Made by a program: the position numbers and the translations under genes. DNA of 64,000 bases. Source: an uncultured Granulicatella sp. GTDB taxonomy: Bacteria > Bacillota > Bacilli > Lactobacillales > Aerococcaceae. Positions 40,367 to 50,929 of the stretch are shown here, one piece after another. The stretch lies in the NCBI GenBank assembly GCA_963515985.1, contig CAUQAL010000001.1, positions 2,357 to 66,356 of the forward strand, read 5' to 3'. The notes under the pieces are model-generated. The model had not been told where the DNA came from, did not search any database, and was given only the letters and a program-made list of their open reading frames with translations. The first letter of the stretch is position 1; the number at the start of each line of letters is the position of its first letter.

Positions 40367-43291
40367 TTAGTCATTGAATAATGAACGAATTGTTTTGAAA
40401 ATTTCTTTATTTTGTTCGATTTTTACATCATTTCCAACTACTACAAAGGCATTTTGATCTAATACTTTTTTCATTGTTGGAGCAAATGAACGAACTTTTT
40501 CAGGTGTTACATTTAAAACTTCATCACGAGTTTTTTGAACAAGTTCATTTGATACATGAGTAAAGTAACGAGTAAAGGCAATATTTCCTTTTTGATTTGC
40601 CGATAATGGACGATCAATACTACTAAATGTTCCAATGAGATTTTTCTCAAATTCTTCTTTTGATGGATTGTAATTTTCTAAGTATTGTACTTGACCATCA
40701 TAAGCCTTTAGAGTTTCTACTAAGTTTGGATCACGGTACGACACAGCAGCTACTTCACCTTTCCCACCAATGACACTCATTCCACCGTAAGCTCCACCTT
40801 TTACACGAACGGTATTCCATAAATAATCTAACCCTAAAACTGTTTGTAAGAATGCATTTGATCCTTCAAATGGAACACCTAGTAATGTTTGGTTGTACCC
40901 TTTTGCTACATATTGAATTTCTTGAGCTGTTTTAAATCCTTCATTCAATACTTCAACAGGAGTTGTAAATGATTGTGGTGTCACTACTTCTTTTGATAAG
41001 TGTTGGAAGAATGATTGAGATAAAGCTTTAAATTGTTCAAAATCCTCTTTACTTCCAACAAATGTAGCAGTCACTCCATGAATATTTAAGATTTGACGAA
41101 GTACAGCAATCAATTGTTGACTAAAGCTTTCTTTTCTCTCATCATAATGTTTCACTAAATCAGAAATATAATCATAGTAATCAATACCTTCTAATGCCTG
41201 AGCATATTTTGCACCTTCTGAATAATAAGATTCTAAGCGACGGACTGCAATGGTATGCGAAGCATAATTCATATGCATTTCTAAATTCGCTTTTGTATTT
41301 AATAACAGTTCTTTAATCTTATCATAATCTTCCAAGTTTGAACGTAAGACAATTTCTTCCACCAATTCAATTAATTTTGGTAAATATTGAGATAAGGCTT
41401 TTCCTGAAACTGTGAAGAATGGATAATACACATTTTTCGCAACATCTTCTGTCATGACAAAAGCATTTGTTGAAATTCCACCTGTATAGAAATCCATCTC
41501 TGTATTTAAATCTTCATCAGCAAAATGTTTTGTACTAATTTCACCTAATAATTCAGTGACAAAAGCAGCTACTGGAATTTCTTCAGTTTTAATCCCTCTC
41601 ATATCGAAGAAATATTTCGCATATGAAATCCCTGCTGTGAAGTCTTCATAATGTAAGAAAGTCGGTGTCTCTTTTCCTTCTTCAACTGTTAATGGATATT
41701 GAGTTGCTTTCTTTTGAATATCATCAATGGATAGTGTTGGAATTTTCGCTAAATCTTCTGGTCTATCAGGAGATTCTTGTCTTTCAATTAATTTTTGAGT
41801 TGTTTCTACTAATTGATCTAATTCTTCTTCACTTAGACTTGCTTTGTACTCTGCTAATTTTTTAGCTAATTCTGCTTCTTTTTCTTCTAATAAACCTGGT
41901 TCTGGTTTTAAAGTAATAATAGCAGCATGAGTATTATCTAATAAATATTTTTGAATAATATTTTCAAAATATCCTTCTTCAACTTTAGCTTGAATGGCAT
42001 CTAAATGTTGTTGGTATTCAAATGATACATATGGACTTCCATCATATAACCAACTTGTTAAAGCATTCATTCCATACATAACACCTTTTGGTGTACTACC
42101 TTCCAAAGCAGTTAATTCTTTATAACGAAAAGCTGTTTTATTTAAAGCAGCTTGAATCGCTTTTCTAGAAATTCCTTCTTTCACTAAACGTTGTAATTCC
42201 TGTTGAATAATTTGAACAAATTGTTCTTTTTTATCAGCATCTGTATCTTTTAAAATAACTTCAAATGTTGGAGAATACGTATAAGCAGAATATCCACCCA
42301 TAACATCACTACCAATATTCGCTTTTAATAAAGCTTTCTTCAATGGTGCGGTATTACTACCTAATAGCAATTCATCTAAAATACTTAAAGCAATTCCTTC
42401 TTCTCCATTCGTACTCGTTCCTGTAGCCCAAGCATATTCTAACAATGTTTTGTTCTCAGTTGAGTCGCCTTTAGAAACAGAATACGTACTTGTTAGTTCT
42501 TTAACACTTGTAAATGGTTCTTGTTTGTATCCTACAAATGGAACTTCTTTTGCTTCAAAAGCATCAAAGTATTCTGATAATTGTTCCATTGCTTTTGCTA
42601 AATCTAAATTCCCATATAAAGTTACTCGAGCATTACTTGGATGATAATACGTTTGATGGAAATCAATGAATTTTTCTTGAGTTAGTGTAGGAATTGAAGC
42701 TGGCATTCCTCCAGAAACATGTTTATAAAATGTATCCGGGAATAATGTTGGTTCAACTAGACGGTTTAATTCTGATTCTGGTTGAGAAAATGCTCCCTTC
42801 ATTTCATTATAAACAACGCCTTTATACGTTAATTCATCTTCTTTATTTTCTAAATGATAATGCCATCCTTCTTGCATTAAAATTTGTGGGTTTGATAAAA
42901 GATTTGGATAAAATACTGCATCTAAATAAACGTCCATTAAATTCTCGAAATCCTTTTGGTTTCTTGAAGCTACTGGATACATAGTTTTATCAGAGAATGT
43001 CCATGCGTTTAAAAATGTTTGTAGGGACCCTTTTAATAATTCTACAAATGGTTCTTTTGTTGGGTATTTTTTTGATCCGTTTAATACGGAGTGTTCAATA
43101 ATGTGAGCAATTCCGTTGTCATCATATGGTGGTGTACGGAATGCGATAGAGAATGCTTTGTTGTCATCGTCTGTTTTTAAGTACATAACTTGAGCGCCTG
43201 TTTTGTCATGTTTGTATAAATAGTAATCGCAACGGATATCTGCTAATGGTTTTTGTTCTACGAGTGTAAAACTGTTAAATTCTTTTGTCAT
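40367..43291 (-). CDS. M16C insulinase-family peptidase (presequence protease PreP-like)
   Basis: HIIEHSVL inverted zinc motif, FLNAWT, GVVYNEMKG, RVKGGAYG, SYRDP. Confidence 0.93.
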   Translation of the reverse strand: MTKEFNSFTLVEQKPLADIRCDYYLYKHDKTGAQVMYLKTDDDNKAFSIAFRTPPYDDNGIAHIIEHSVLNGSKKYPTKEPFVELLKGSLQTFLNAWTFSDKTMYPVASRNQKDFENLMDVYLDAVFYPNLLSNPQILMQEGWHYHLENKEDELTYKGVVYNEMKGAFSQPESELNRLVEPTLFPDTFYKHVSGGMPASIPTLTQEKFIDFHQTYYHPSNARVTLYGNLDLAKAMEQLSEYFDAFEAKEVPFVGYKQEPFTSVKELTSTYSVSKGDSTENKTLLEYAWATGTSTNGEEGIALSILDELLLGSNTAPLKKALLKANIGSDVMGGYSAYTYSPTFEVILKDTDADKKEQFVQIIQQELQRLVKEGISRKAIQAALNKTAFRYKELTALEGSTPKGVMYGMNALTSWLYDGSPYVSFEYQQHLDAIQAKVEEGYFENIIQKYLLDNTHAAIITLKPEPGLLEEKEAELAKKLAEYKASLSEEELDQLVETTQKLIERQESPDRPEDLAKIPTLSIDDIQKKATQYPLTVEEGKETPTFLHYEDFTAGISYAKYFFDMRGIKTEEIPVAAFVTELLGEISTKHFADEDLNTEMDFYTGGISTNAFVMTEDVAKNVYYPFFTVSGKALSQYLPKLIELVEEIVLRSNLEDYDKIKELLLNTKANLEMHMNYASHTIAVRRLESYYSEGAKYAQALEGIDYYDYISDLVKHYDERKESFSQQLIAVLRQILNIHGVTATFVGSKEDFEQFKALSQSFFQHLSKEVVTPQSFTTPVEVLNEGFKTAQEIQYVAKGYNQTLLGVPFEGSNAFLQTVLGLDYLWNTVRVKGGAYGGMSVIGGKGEVAAVSYRDPNLVETLKAYDGQVQYLENYNPSKEEFEKNLIGTFSSIDRPLSANQKGNIAFTRYFTHVSNELVQKTRDEVLNVTPEKVRSFAPTMKKVLDQNAFVVVGNDVKIEQNKEIFKTIRSLFND

Positions 43292-43409
43292 GAAATGACC
43301 TCCATTTCTTAAATAAATCTACTTGTCTTTTATTCAAACACGATTTGTATCAATAAGCAAGAGAAAATCATTGGAACGTAAAAGTTTTGGGCGTAAAATA
43401 AAGAAATAA

Positions 43410-43580
43410 AATAAAGAATTCAAAAAAGTTTCCTTTTTAGCTTTAGTAATAGAAATGCTTTTCAGCATTTCTATTACAGTGGAAAATTTGAGACCTTAGG
43501 CTCAAATTTTAGCCATGAGATTCGCAAAGCGAAGCTGCTGGCGTCCTAGCTAATTAGGAAACTTTTTTGGATTCTTTATT
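43410..43580 (+). repeat. Modular multi-hairpin intergenic element, copy B
   Basis: AATAAAGAATTCAAAAAAGTTTCCT-tt-TTAGCT-tta-[GTAATAGAAATGCT tttc AGCATTTCTATTAC]-AGTGG-[AAAATTTGAG accttagg CTCAAATTTT]-AGCC-ATGAGA-[TTCGC aaa GCGAA]-GCTGCT-GGC-GTCC-t-AGCTAA-tt-AGGAAACTTTTTTGGATTCTTTATT. Confidence 0.85.
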
Positions 43581-43607
43581 GACTTAGAATTATTTGAAAA
43601 GTATTAT

Positions 43608-44147
43608 TTAATTCTTTTTCACACGATTCGCAATTAATTTAAATAAAGCTGTTGCGAAAATGGCAATAAGAATTGAATTAATCATACTAAAAATCCAACC
43701 ATTAATAAAAACAACTGCCGTAGAAGCTTGATAGAAAAAGACCTCTAACGTCGGTAAAATCAAACCAAAAATAATCACATTCGCAACCACTTGAATCACA
43801 TTAAAACGCAAAGCATCATGACGAGAAAAAGTACCCGCTAAAAACGACTTACGACGAATGCCTAAACCAAAAACATATCCAAGCATCCCTACAGAAATTG
43901 CAATCGCAATCCATTGCTCTGTCGTTCCTAATAACAAATCAATGATAATCGTTGAAACACCAACAACTGCAGCAAATAACGAACCTGCCAAACCAGCCAC
44001 AATCGCTAGTAAAATATAAAAGAAGTTAATCTCCACTCCTTCAAAAATAGGTAATGTAATTCCTACATAGTGATAACTAAGAACTAAAACAATTAATGAA
44101 ACGATATGAAGAAGACCTGTTTTTATGAATTTATTTTCTTTCATCAT
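43608..44147 (-). CDS. ECF transporter S component (UPF0397-like)
   Basis: Small multi-TM protein; FNVIQVVAN...LILPTLEVFFY pattern. Confidence 0.6.
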   Translation of the reverse strand: MMKENKFIKTGLLHIVSLIVLVLSYHYVGITLPIFEGVEINFFYILLAIVAGLAGSLFAAVVGVSTIIIDLLLGTTEQWIAIAISVGMLGYVFGLGIRRKSFLAGTFSRHDALRFNVIQVVANVIIFGLILPTLEVFFYQASTAVVFINGWIFSMINSILIAIFATALFKLIANRVKKN

Positions 44148-44156
44148 TTTTCTCCT

Positions 44157-45059
44157 CTATTTTGACTCTTCACCAATAATTTTTACTTCTGGTTCAAGTG
44201 CTACTTGGAATTGTTCGAATACAACTTCTTGAACATGTTGAATCACCGCTAAATAATCTGTAGCTGTTGCATGATCAATATTTACAATAAAACCTGCATG
44301 TTTTTTAGACACTTGAGCGCCACCAATTTGAAACCCTTGAAGTCCTGCATCTTGTATTAATTTACCAGTAAAATGACCTTCTGGGCGTTTAAACACACTT
44401 CCACAAGAAGGATATTCTAATGGCTGTTTACTTTCACGTAAATGGGTTAATTCTTCCATTTTAGCTTGAATCGTTTCTTTTTTCCCTAAACTTAGATTAA
44501 AGCAGACATCAATCACTAAATCTCCACTTTCTTGTAGGGCGCTATGACGATATGAAAACTTTAATTCTTCATTCGTTAAACGTTTAATTTCACCAGTACG
44601 AGTCACAACATCGACATATTCGACAACTTCGCAAACTTCTCCGCCATAAGCACCTGCATTCATATACATGGCTCCCCCAACACTTCCTGGGATACCACAT
44701 GCGAATTCTAATCCTGTTAACGAGTGTTCTAATGCGCATTTTGTCACTTCAATTAAAGATACACCAGCTTCTGCTAAAATTTTATTCTCCATTACTTTTA
44801 TAGCAGTCATTTCATTTAATAAAATAACCGCTCCTTTAATGCCACCATCTCTAACTATAACATTACTCGCATTTCCTAGTACTGTAATAGGAATTTGTTT
44901 TTCTTGCAGTGCTGTAATAATTTTTGCTGTTTCATGTTTATCTCTTGGAAAAATTAAACATTCTGCTTCTCCACCTGTTTTAGTAAAAGTATATTTTTTT
45001 AAAGGTTCATGGAAGTATACTTTTACTTCTGGAAATTGCTCTTTCCACCAATCTTTCAT
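44157..45059 (-). CDS. murB: UDP-N-acetylenolpyruvoylglucosamine reductase
   Basis: GNASNV, GIPGSVGGA.YMNAGAYG, YRHS, SCGSVF, KHAGF. Confidence 0.97.
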   Translation of the reverse strand: MKDWWKEQFPEVKVYFHEPLKKYTFTKTGGEAECLIFPRDKHETAKIITALQEKQIPITVLGNASNVIVRDGGIKGAVILLNEMTAIKVMENKILAEAGVSLIEVTKCALEHSLTGLEFACGIPGSVGGAMYMNAGAYGGEVCEVVEYVDVVTRTGEIKRLTNEELKFSYRHSALQESGDLVIDVCFNLSLGKKETIQAKMEELTHLRESKQPLEYPSCGSVFKRPEGHFTGKLIQDAGLQGFQIGGAQVSKKHAGFIVNIDHATATDYLAVIQHVQEVVFEQFQVALEPEVKIIGEESK

Positions 45060-45097
45060 CTTTTTCTCTCCTATTATGCAATATCTTTTTAATGATA

Positions 45098-46039
45098 CTA
45101 TTCATCAGTTTCTACGTCAAATGATAAAAAGCCTTCAGATGCTTTTGCATGTGCTAATCTCTCACAAATAAAGTGACTTAATAAACTAGAAATAGGAGTA
45201 ACTGGGTTATCCCCCTGAGTTTGAACAGCAATAATAAAGGAATGAACAATACTTTCAAACCCTCTCTTATATAAAGTTGAATCCCATGATGAAAAATGAT
45301 CTTTAATTTCTTCTCCACCTTGATAAATGGTCAAGTCTGTTAAATTTTGTAATGAAAAAGTACCCGTTTCAGCTTGAACTTCAATTCTTTCATGATTCGC
45401 TCCAGATACTGTATTCATCATCACAACAGCTGATTGTTCTTCATTTTCTAAATAAATTGTGCATTGTTCAATAACACCACAATTTTTCTTATAATAAAAT
45501 GACCCACGTTTTGGTTTTTCATCCATTAAAAATAATGCTGTATCCAAAGGATGAATAAATACATCAAAAATACGTGTACGATTATCAAAACTTGGAATCG
45601 TACAATTTTTTTCTGTAATAATTCTCTTCTTATGAGGGACATTTTTTAATTCAACTACTTTTGGAGCAAAACGTCGATTAAATCCAGCTGTTAAGAAAGT
45701 TTGATTTTCTTTTGCTAATCGGTATAATTCAAGCGTTTCTTCATAACTAGGAGCAATCGGTTTATCTAAATAAACAGGGATTCCTTTTTCTAAAAATTGC
45801 TTTGCAACTTCAACATGAGCCTTTGTCGAAACATGAATCATGACCCCATCTAAATCAAACTGTAATAACTCCTCTACACTACTACATGGAATACAACGCC
45901 CTAATAATTTTGATTCTCGTTGTAAAACTTCTACATTTCTAGTACACATATACCATTTCACATTACCAATTGAACGCATTACTGGTAAATAGGCCTTTTG
46001 TGCAATCGCACCAATCCCAACTACTCCAATATTTAACAC
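45098..46039 (-). CDS. Gfo/Idh/MocA oxidoreductase (MviM/YceM-like)
   Basis: GIGAIAQKAYLP, DKP, GFNRRFAP, IHPLDT. Confidence 0.9.
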   Translation of the reverse strand: MLNIGVVGIGAIAQKAYLPVMRSIGNVKWYMCTRNVEVLQRESKLLGRCIPCSSVEELLQFDLDGVMIHVSTKAHVEVAKQFLEKGIPVYLDKPIAPSYEETLELYRLAKENQTFLTAGFNRRFAPKVVELKNVPHKKRIITEKNCTIPSFDNRTRIFDVFIHPLDTALFLMDEKPKRGSFYYKKNCGVIEQCTIYLENEEQSAVVMMNTVSGANHERIEVQAETGTFSLQNLTDLTIYQGGEEIKDHFSSWDSTLYKRGFESIVHSFIIAVQTQGDNPVTPISSLLSHFICERLAHAKASEGFLSFDVETDE

Positions 46040-46057
46040 GAGAACTCCCCCTAATCA

Positions 46058-46759
46058 TTAATTTTCTTTTAAATGATGTAATAATTGTTGAACAATCAAC
46101 GCTGATTTACGACCTGCTTCAACAATAAATGTATCAAAATCAACTGCTGATGTTCCTTTTTGTGGCATATCCGAGATTGCTCTTACAACAATAACTGGAG
46201 TTTGTAATGCATAACACGCTTGTGCAATAGAAGCTCCTTCCATTTCAGTTGCTAAAACATCTGGGAAATATTTTAAAATTAATAATCGTTGATCTTCACG
46301 ATGAATAAAACTATCTGCTGAAACGACTAATCCTTTATACACCGATAAATTCAATTCAGATTGAATTTCTTCGATAACGTCATCTTCAATCACTTGAGCT
46401 TGGAAGCGTGCAGGCATCCCTGGCATTTGTCCATATTTATATTGAAAGGCTGTTACATCTGCATCACTGTACGCTAACTCTGTAGCAACTACGATATCTC
46501 CAATATTCATTTCTGTTCCAAATCCACCCGCTGATCCTGTATTAATAACAAGTGTCACTTTAAAATGGTGAATTAATAAAGCAGCTGTTACACTAGACAT
46601 TACTTTACCAATACCAGATTGCACTAATACAATAGATACGCCATTTAAACGTCCTTCTAAAAATGTCCATCCTGCAATTTTTACTTCCTGTTCAATTGTC
46701 ATTTCTTCAGATAGAAGACGTTTTTCCTCTTCCATCGCTGCAATAATTCCGACTTTCAT
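46058..46759 (-). CDS. mtnN: 5'-methylthioadenosine/S-adenosylhomocysteine nucleosidase
   Basis: GIIAAMEEE, SGIGKV, NTGSAGG, EMEG, RAISD. Confidence 0.95.
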   Translation of the reverse strand: MKVGIIAAMEEEKRLLSEEMTIEQEVKIAGWTFLEGRLNGVSIVLVQSGIGKVMSSVTAALLIHHFKVTLVINTGSAGGFGTEMNIGDIVVATELAYSDADVTAFQYKYGQMPGMPARFQAQVIEDDVIEEIQSELNLSVYKGLVVSADSFIHREDQRLLILKYFPDVLATEMEGASIAQACYALQTPVIVVRAISDMPQKGTSAVDFDTFIVEAGRKSALIVQQLLHHLKEN

Positions 46760-46762
46760 GTA

Positions 46763-47290
46763 TTACTCCTTTTCTAAAAAATAGGCCATTTGAATAACAT
46801 CATAATATTGACCATTTACTTTCATTTCTTTTTCTTCAATTGCTACTACTTCAAACCCAAACTTTTTATATAAAGCAATCGCTGCAACATTTTCTTGAAC
46901 AACTGCTAATTTAATTTTTTCAAGAGGTGAATAGTCTTTTGCCCATGACAATAATTCTTCCATTAAGGCACTTCCTAAACCTTGACCCCAATATTCCTTT
47001 AAAATACTAATGCCTAGTTCACCCACATGTTGGAATTTTTCTTTAGAATTTCCTCCAATTGAGGCAACTGCAATAATTTCTTGTCCTAATTTAGCAAGTA
47101 GCATCATTTGATTATCACTTTCTAAAACAGATTGAATATAAAGTTCCTCTTGTTGGATACTTAACTCTAATCCTTCTTCACCAAAACTTAAAAAATCTGT
47201 TTCTTTTCCAACTTTTTTTGTATATTCAATTAAAGCTTCTGCATCTCCCACAGACACTACTTCAATTTCTAATTCAACTTTCTCTTTCAT
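46763..47290 (-). CDS. GNAT N-acetyltransferase
   Basis: YWGQGLG, AIALYKKFGF. Confidence 0.9.
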   Translation of the reverse strand: MKEKVELEIEVVSVGDAEALIEYTKKVGKETDFLSFGEEGLELSIQQEELYIQSVLESDNQMMLLAKLGQEIIAVASIGGNSKEKFQHVGELGISILKEYWGQGLGSALMEELLSWAKDYSPLEKIKLAVVQENVAAIALYKKFGFEVVAIEEKEMKVNGQYYDVIQMAYFLEKE

Positions 47291-47759
47291 TTGTCCACCA
47301 AACCTTAAATTGATTCAACCATTTTTCATATTCTTCTCCTATAGCATCAAGTGTAATGGTACGAGTAGTGAGAGAAGTTTGTTCGATAGAAATAATTAAT
47401 CGATTCATCGGTAATTCTTCTTCGATAAAATTTGCCCATTCAACCATTACGACACCTTCACGATGAAAATACTCCTCTAAACCAATTTCACTCGCTCCTC
47501 CACTTTCTTCAATACGATACATATCCATATGAAATAAAGGCAAGCGACCTTTTGTATACTCACGAATTAAAGTATAAGTTGGACTTTTAATGACACGTGT
47601 AATGTCTAATCCTAAAGCAAATCCTTTTGTAAAAGTCGTTTTACCAGCTCCTAAATCTCCAGACAAAATGATTGTACTGTTAGAAAAGGCACCTTTTGCT
47701 AATAATTCTCCTATTTTCATTGTTTCTTCTTGTGATATCGTTTGAATTGTGATCGTCAT
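47274..47759 (-). CDS. tsaE: tRNA threonylcarbamoyladenosine biosynthesis ATPase
   Basis: GDLGAGKT, SPTY, HMDMYR, VEW. Confidence 0.95.
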   Translation of the reverse strand: MTITIQTISQEETMKIGELLAKGAFSNSTIILSGDLGAGKTTFTKGFALGLDITRVIKSPTYTLIREYTKGRLPLFHMDMYRIEESGGASEIGLEEYFHREGVVMVEWANFIEEELPMNRLIISIEQTSLTTRTITLDAIGEEYEKWLNQFKVWWTNERES

Positions 47760-47912
47760 ATTTTTCCTCATTTCAGTGAAAATTCCTCAAAAACATTATA
47801 ACATAATTCAGTGATTGATTAGTATGAAAAACAAAAATGACTTTACCTAGTAGTTTGCCCATAACCAGTAAAAACTGGCTACAGGCATTCATAACTACTT
47901 CAGAAAAGTCAA

Positions 47913-48638
47913 TTAAATCTCATTTTTTGCTAAACGAACTAATTTTTGAACTTCAAAAGCACGAAGTTCACGATAATCTCCCGGTCTTAAATTTTCTAAT
48001 GTTAAAAATCCGAATTCTTCACGTTTTAATTTTTGAACGGGTAATTCTACCGCTTCAAACATTTTCTTCACTTGGTGATTCCAACCTTCGTGAATCGTTA
48101 AAGAAACAATTCCTGTATTTTTTTCAGTATCTACAGATAAAATTCTGGCAACTGCTTTAGAAGTTTTCTTGCCATCAATCCAAATACCTCTTTCTAATTG
48201 TCTCATATGGCGTGGTGTTGGAACACCTTTTACTTTAGCAATATATTTCTTTTCAACATGATGTTTTGGATGCGTCATTAAATTCGCAAATTCACCATCA
48301 TTCGTTAATAAAATTAATCCTGTTGTATCATAGTCTAATCTTCCTACTGGATAGACACGTTGTGGGATATCTTTAAAATAATCACTAATAACGGTACGTC
48401 CTCTATCATCTGTTACACTGGATAATACAGATTTTGGTTTATAAAACATAAAGTAAACTGGTTCTTCTTTATAAATCGGAATGCCATCTACTTCAATTTT
48501 ATCCGATTGAGACACTTTATATCCCAATTCTCTCACAACTGTGCCATTTACTTTAACACGACCTTCTTCAATAAAGGCTTCGCATTTTCTACGAGATGCA
48601 ATTCCAGCATGTGCCATGACTTTTTGTAATCTTTCCAC
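47913..48638 (-). CDS. rluB: rRNA pseudouridine synthase
   Basis: S4 domain, GRLDYDTTG; downstream of scpAB; GTG start. Confidence 0.92.
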   Translation of the reverse strand: MERLQKVMAHAGIASRRKCEAFIEEGRVKVNGTVVRELGYKVSQSDKIEVDGIPIYKEEPVYFMFYKPKSVLSSVTDDRGRTVISDYFKDIPQRVYPVGRLDYDTTGLILLTNDGEFANLMTHPKHHVEKKYIAKVKGVPTPRHMRQLERGIWIDGKKTSKAVARILSVDTEKNTGIVSLTIHEGWNHQVKKMFEAVELPVQKLKREEFGFLTLENLRPGDYRELRAFEVQKLVRLAKNEI

Positions 48639-48656
48639 TAGATACTCCTTCTTCCC

Positions 48657-49265
48657 TTACGAAATGGTTTCTTCATCTTGATGCATTTGTTCTAATTCTG
48701 CAAACAAGTCTTCATTATTTTTAAATAATTGCTTACTTTCTTCTTGATTTAATTCTAGTAATGATTCAACATCTGGCAATTGATCTAATGTTTCTAATCC
48801 GAAATAATCCATAAAATAAGTAGTCGTACGATATAATTTTGGACGACCTGGACTATCCATTCGACCTGCTTCTTCAATTAAATCTCTTAACAATAATTTT
48901 TGAATGGCTCCACTACATTGAACTCCACGTATACTTTCAACTTCTAATCTTGTGATTGGTTGTTTATAAGCAATAATGGCCAATGTTTCAAGAGCTGCAC
49001 TAGATAATTGAGAAGAAAATGGGGAAACAGCATATTTTTCAAGATAGGGTTTTAACGATGCTTTCGTTACAAATTTATATCGTTGCGCCGTTAATATCAA
49101 TTCTAAGCCACTTGTTTCATCTTTTAATTGTTCCATTAATTCTTCCAATAGTTGTCGAACTGCCGTTTTATCAATGCCAACGACATAACTAATTTCTTCT
49201 AGTGTTAAGCCATCATCTCCTGCTACAAATAATAAAGCTTGAGTTGCTGCTAAATAATTATTCAC
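48657..49265 (-). CDS. scpB: SMC-ScpAB complex subunit ScpB
   Basis: LETLAIIAYKQPITR, RGV, GRPKLY. Confidence 0.95.
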   Translation of the reverse strand: MNNYLAATQALLFVAGDDGLTLEEISYVVGIDKTAVRQLLEELMEQLKDETSGLELILTAQRYKFVTKASLKPYLEKYAVSPFSSQLSSAALETLAIIAYKQPITRLEVESIRGVQCSGAIQKLLLRDLIEEAGRMDSPGRPKLYRTTTYFMDYFGLETLDQLPDVESLLELNQEESKQLFKNNEDLFAELEQMHQDEETIS

Positions 49266-50010
49266 TAAATGCACCACCTTTATCGAAAGTTTCTAAAACA
49301 ATATCTTCATAAGGCACATGTTGTACCAATCGAATTTTATGTTCTCTTACTAATTGTAACATCGCCAAAAATGTTGTTACAATGGCATGACGATGAAACG
49401 AAGGAAAACATTTATCAAATCGAATACTTTTTTGAGGATTTTCTTGAATTTTTGTTAAAATCGAGTCCATCATTTCCTCTACCGTATGTGTTTCATGTTG
49501 AATATTTGCTTGTAGAGGCATTTTATCAAGATTTCTTCTTGCAATTTTCTTTAATGCATTCCATAAATCTTGAGTCGTTACTTGACCTTCTTGTAATGGA
49601 ATAATTTCTTGAAGAGCAGATAAATCACTTGCTTCTTTTCCATAATGCATGCCTCTTTGGACAGAAAGTTCTTCCAATTTTTTAGCACCTTCTTGGAATT
49701 GCTTATATTCCATTAATTTCTCAACTAACTCATCCCTAGGATCTTCTTCTACCTCAACTTCATCAATTTCCACTTTTGGTTTCGGTAAAAGCATTCTTGC
49801 TTTAATTTCTAATAAAGTTGCTGCCATTAATAAATACTCGCTAGCTACTTCTAATTCCATTTCTTGCATGGAATAAATATAGGATAAATATTGATGCGTT
49901 AATTCCACCATTGGAATGTTATAAATATCAATTTTCATCTCTTTAATTAAATGTAATAACAAATCCATTGGGCCTTCAAATTCCCCAATTCGTAGCGTTA
50001 ACGCATCCAC
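49258..50010 (-). CDS. scpA: Segregation/condensation protein A (kleisin)
   Basis: FEGPMDLLLHL, EDPR, FLAMLQL. Confidence 0.95.
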   Translation of the reverse strand: MDALTLRIGEFEGPMDLLLHLIKEMKIDIYNIPMVELTHQYLSYIYSMQEMELEVASEYLLMAATLLEIKARMLLPKPKVEIDEVEVEEDPRDELVEKLMEYKQFQEGAKKLEELSVQRGMHYGKEASDLSALQEIIPLQEGQVTTQDLWNALKKIARRNLDKMPLQANIQHETHTVEEMMDSILTKIQENPQKSIRFDKCFPSFHRHAIVTTFLAMLQLVREHKIRLVQHVPYEDIVLETFDKGGAFSE

Positions 50011-50030
50011 TTTCTCTTCTCCTATTCTAA

Positions 50031-50846
50031 TTAATAAATTTCAATAACTTTACGAACTAAACCTTTGAATGATTCTTTTACACGTTGAGTTGTTTCCACA
50101 ACTTCCTCATGATTTAAGTTTGCTTGTAATCCTGCTGCTAAGTTTGTAATACAAGAAATACCAATCACTTTAATTCCTGAATGATTCGCAATAATGACTT
50201 CAGGAACCGTTGACATACCAACTGCATCTCCACCTAATACTTGTACCATACGAACTTCTGCTGGTGTTTCATAAGTCGGACCAGATAATCCTGTATAAAC
50301 TCCTTCTTGTAATTGAACTCCTACTTCTTTAGCTGCTTTACGAACAACTTCTTGTCCATAGATATGATAAGCATGTGACATATCAGGGAAACGAGGTCCA
50401 AAGCGGTCATCATTTGCTCCAATTAATGGATTTGTTCCTGTAATATTAATATGATCTGTTATTAACATTAAGTCTCCTGGTTTGAAGTTTGGATTACTTC
50501 CTCCTGCAGAGTTTGTCACAATCATTGTTTCAACTTCTAATAATTTCATTAAACGAATTGGGAACGTAACAGTTTCCATTGGATATCCTTCGTAAAAATG
50601 GAAACGTCCATCCATAATTAAAACTTTTTTACCAGATAATTCGCCATATACTAAACGTCCAGCGTGACCTACTACTGTAGATACTGGGAAGTTTGGAATG
50701 TCTTTGTAATCGAAGATAACTGGATTTTCAACTTCCGTTGCTAATTCTCCTAGTCCAGACCCTAAAATTAGTCCAAAATCAATACTTTGAATTCCATTAC
50801 TTTGTAAAAATTGTTTTGTTTCTAATAATTGATCATATAAAGCCAT
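50031..50846 (-). CDS. punA: Purine nucleoside phosphorylase (trimeric type)
   Basis: LGSGLG, GRFHFYEG, GPTYET, GMSTVPE. Confidence 0.95.
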   Translation of the reverse strand: MALYDQLLETKQFLQSNGIQSIDFGLILGSGLGELATEVENPVIFDYKDIPNFPVSTVVGHAGRLVYGELSGKKVLIMDGRFHFYEGYPMETVTFPIRLMKLLEVETMIVTNSAGGSNPNFKPGDLMLITDHINITGTNPLIGANDDRFGPRFPDMSHAYHIYGQEVVRKAAKEVGVQLQEGVYTGLSGPTYETPAEVRMVQVLGGDAVGMSTVPEVIIANHSGIKVIGISCITNLAAGLQANLNHEEVVETTQRVKESFKGLVRKVIEIY

Positions 50847-50929
50847 GCTACTCTTTCCTCTCTTTTTTTAGATAATTTAAAAAAGAAGTGGAAATCCAAT
50901 AATGGAACTCATTGAATTTCCACAATATA

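Noticed and set aside
44668..45171. 167-aa antisense ORF over murB, and similar shadow ORFs (e.g. 22708-23019, 32320-32622, 53566-53907)
   Set aside because: Antisense shadows of well-conserved genes, with no RBS or motifs.
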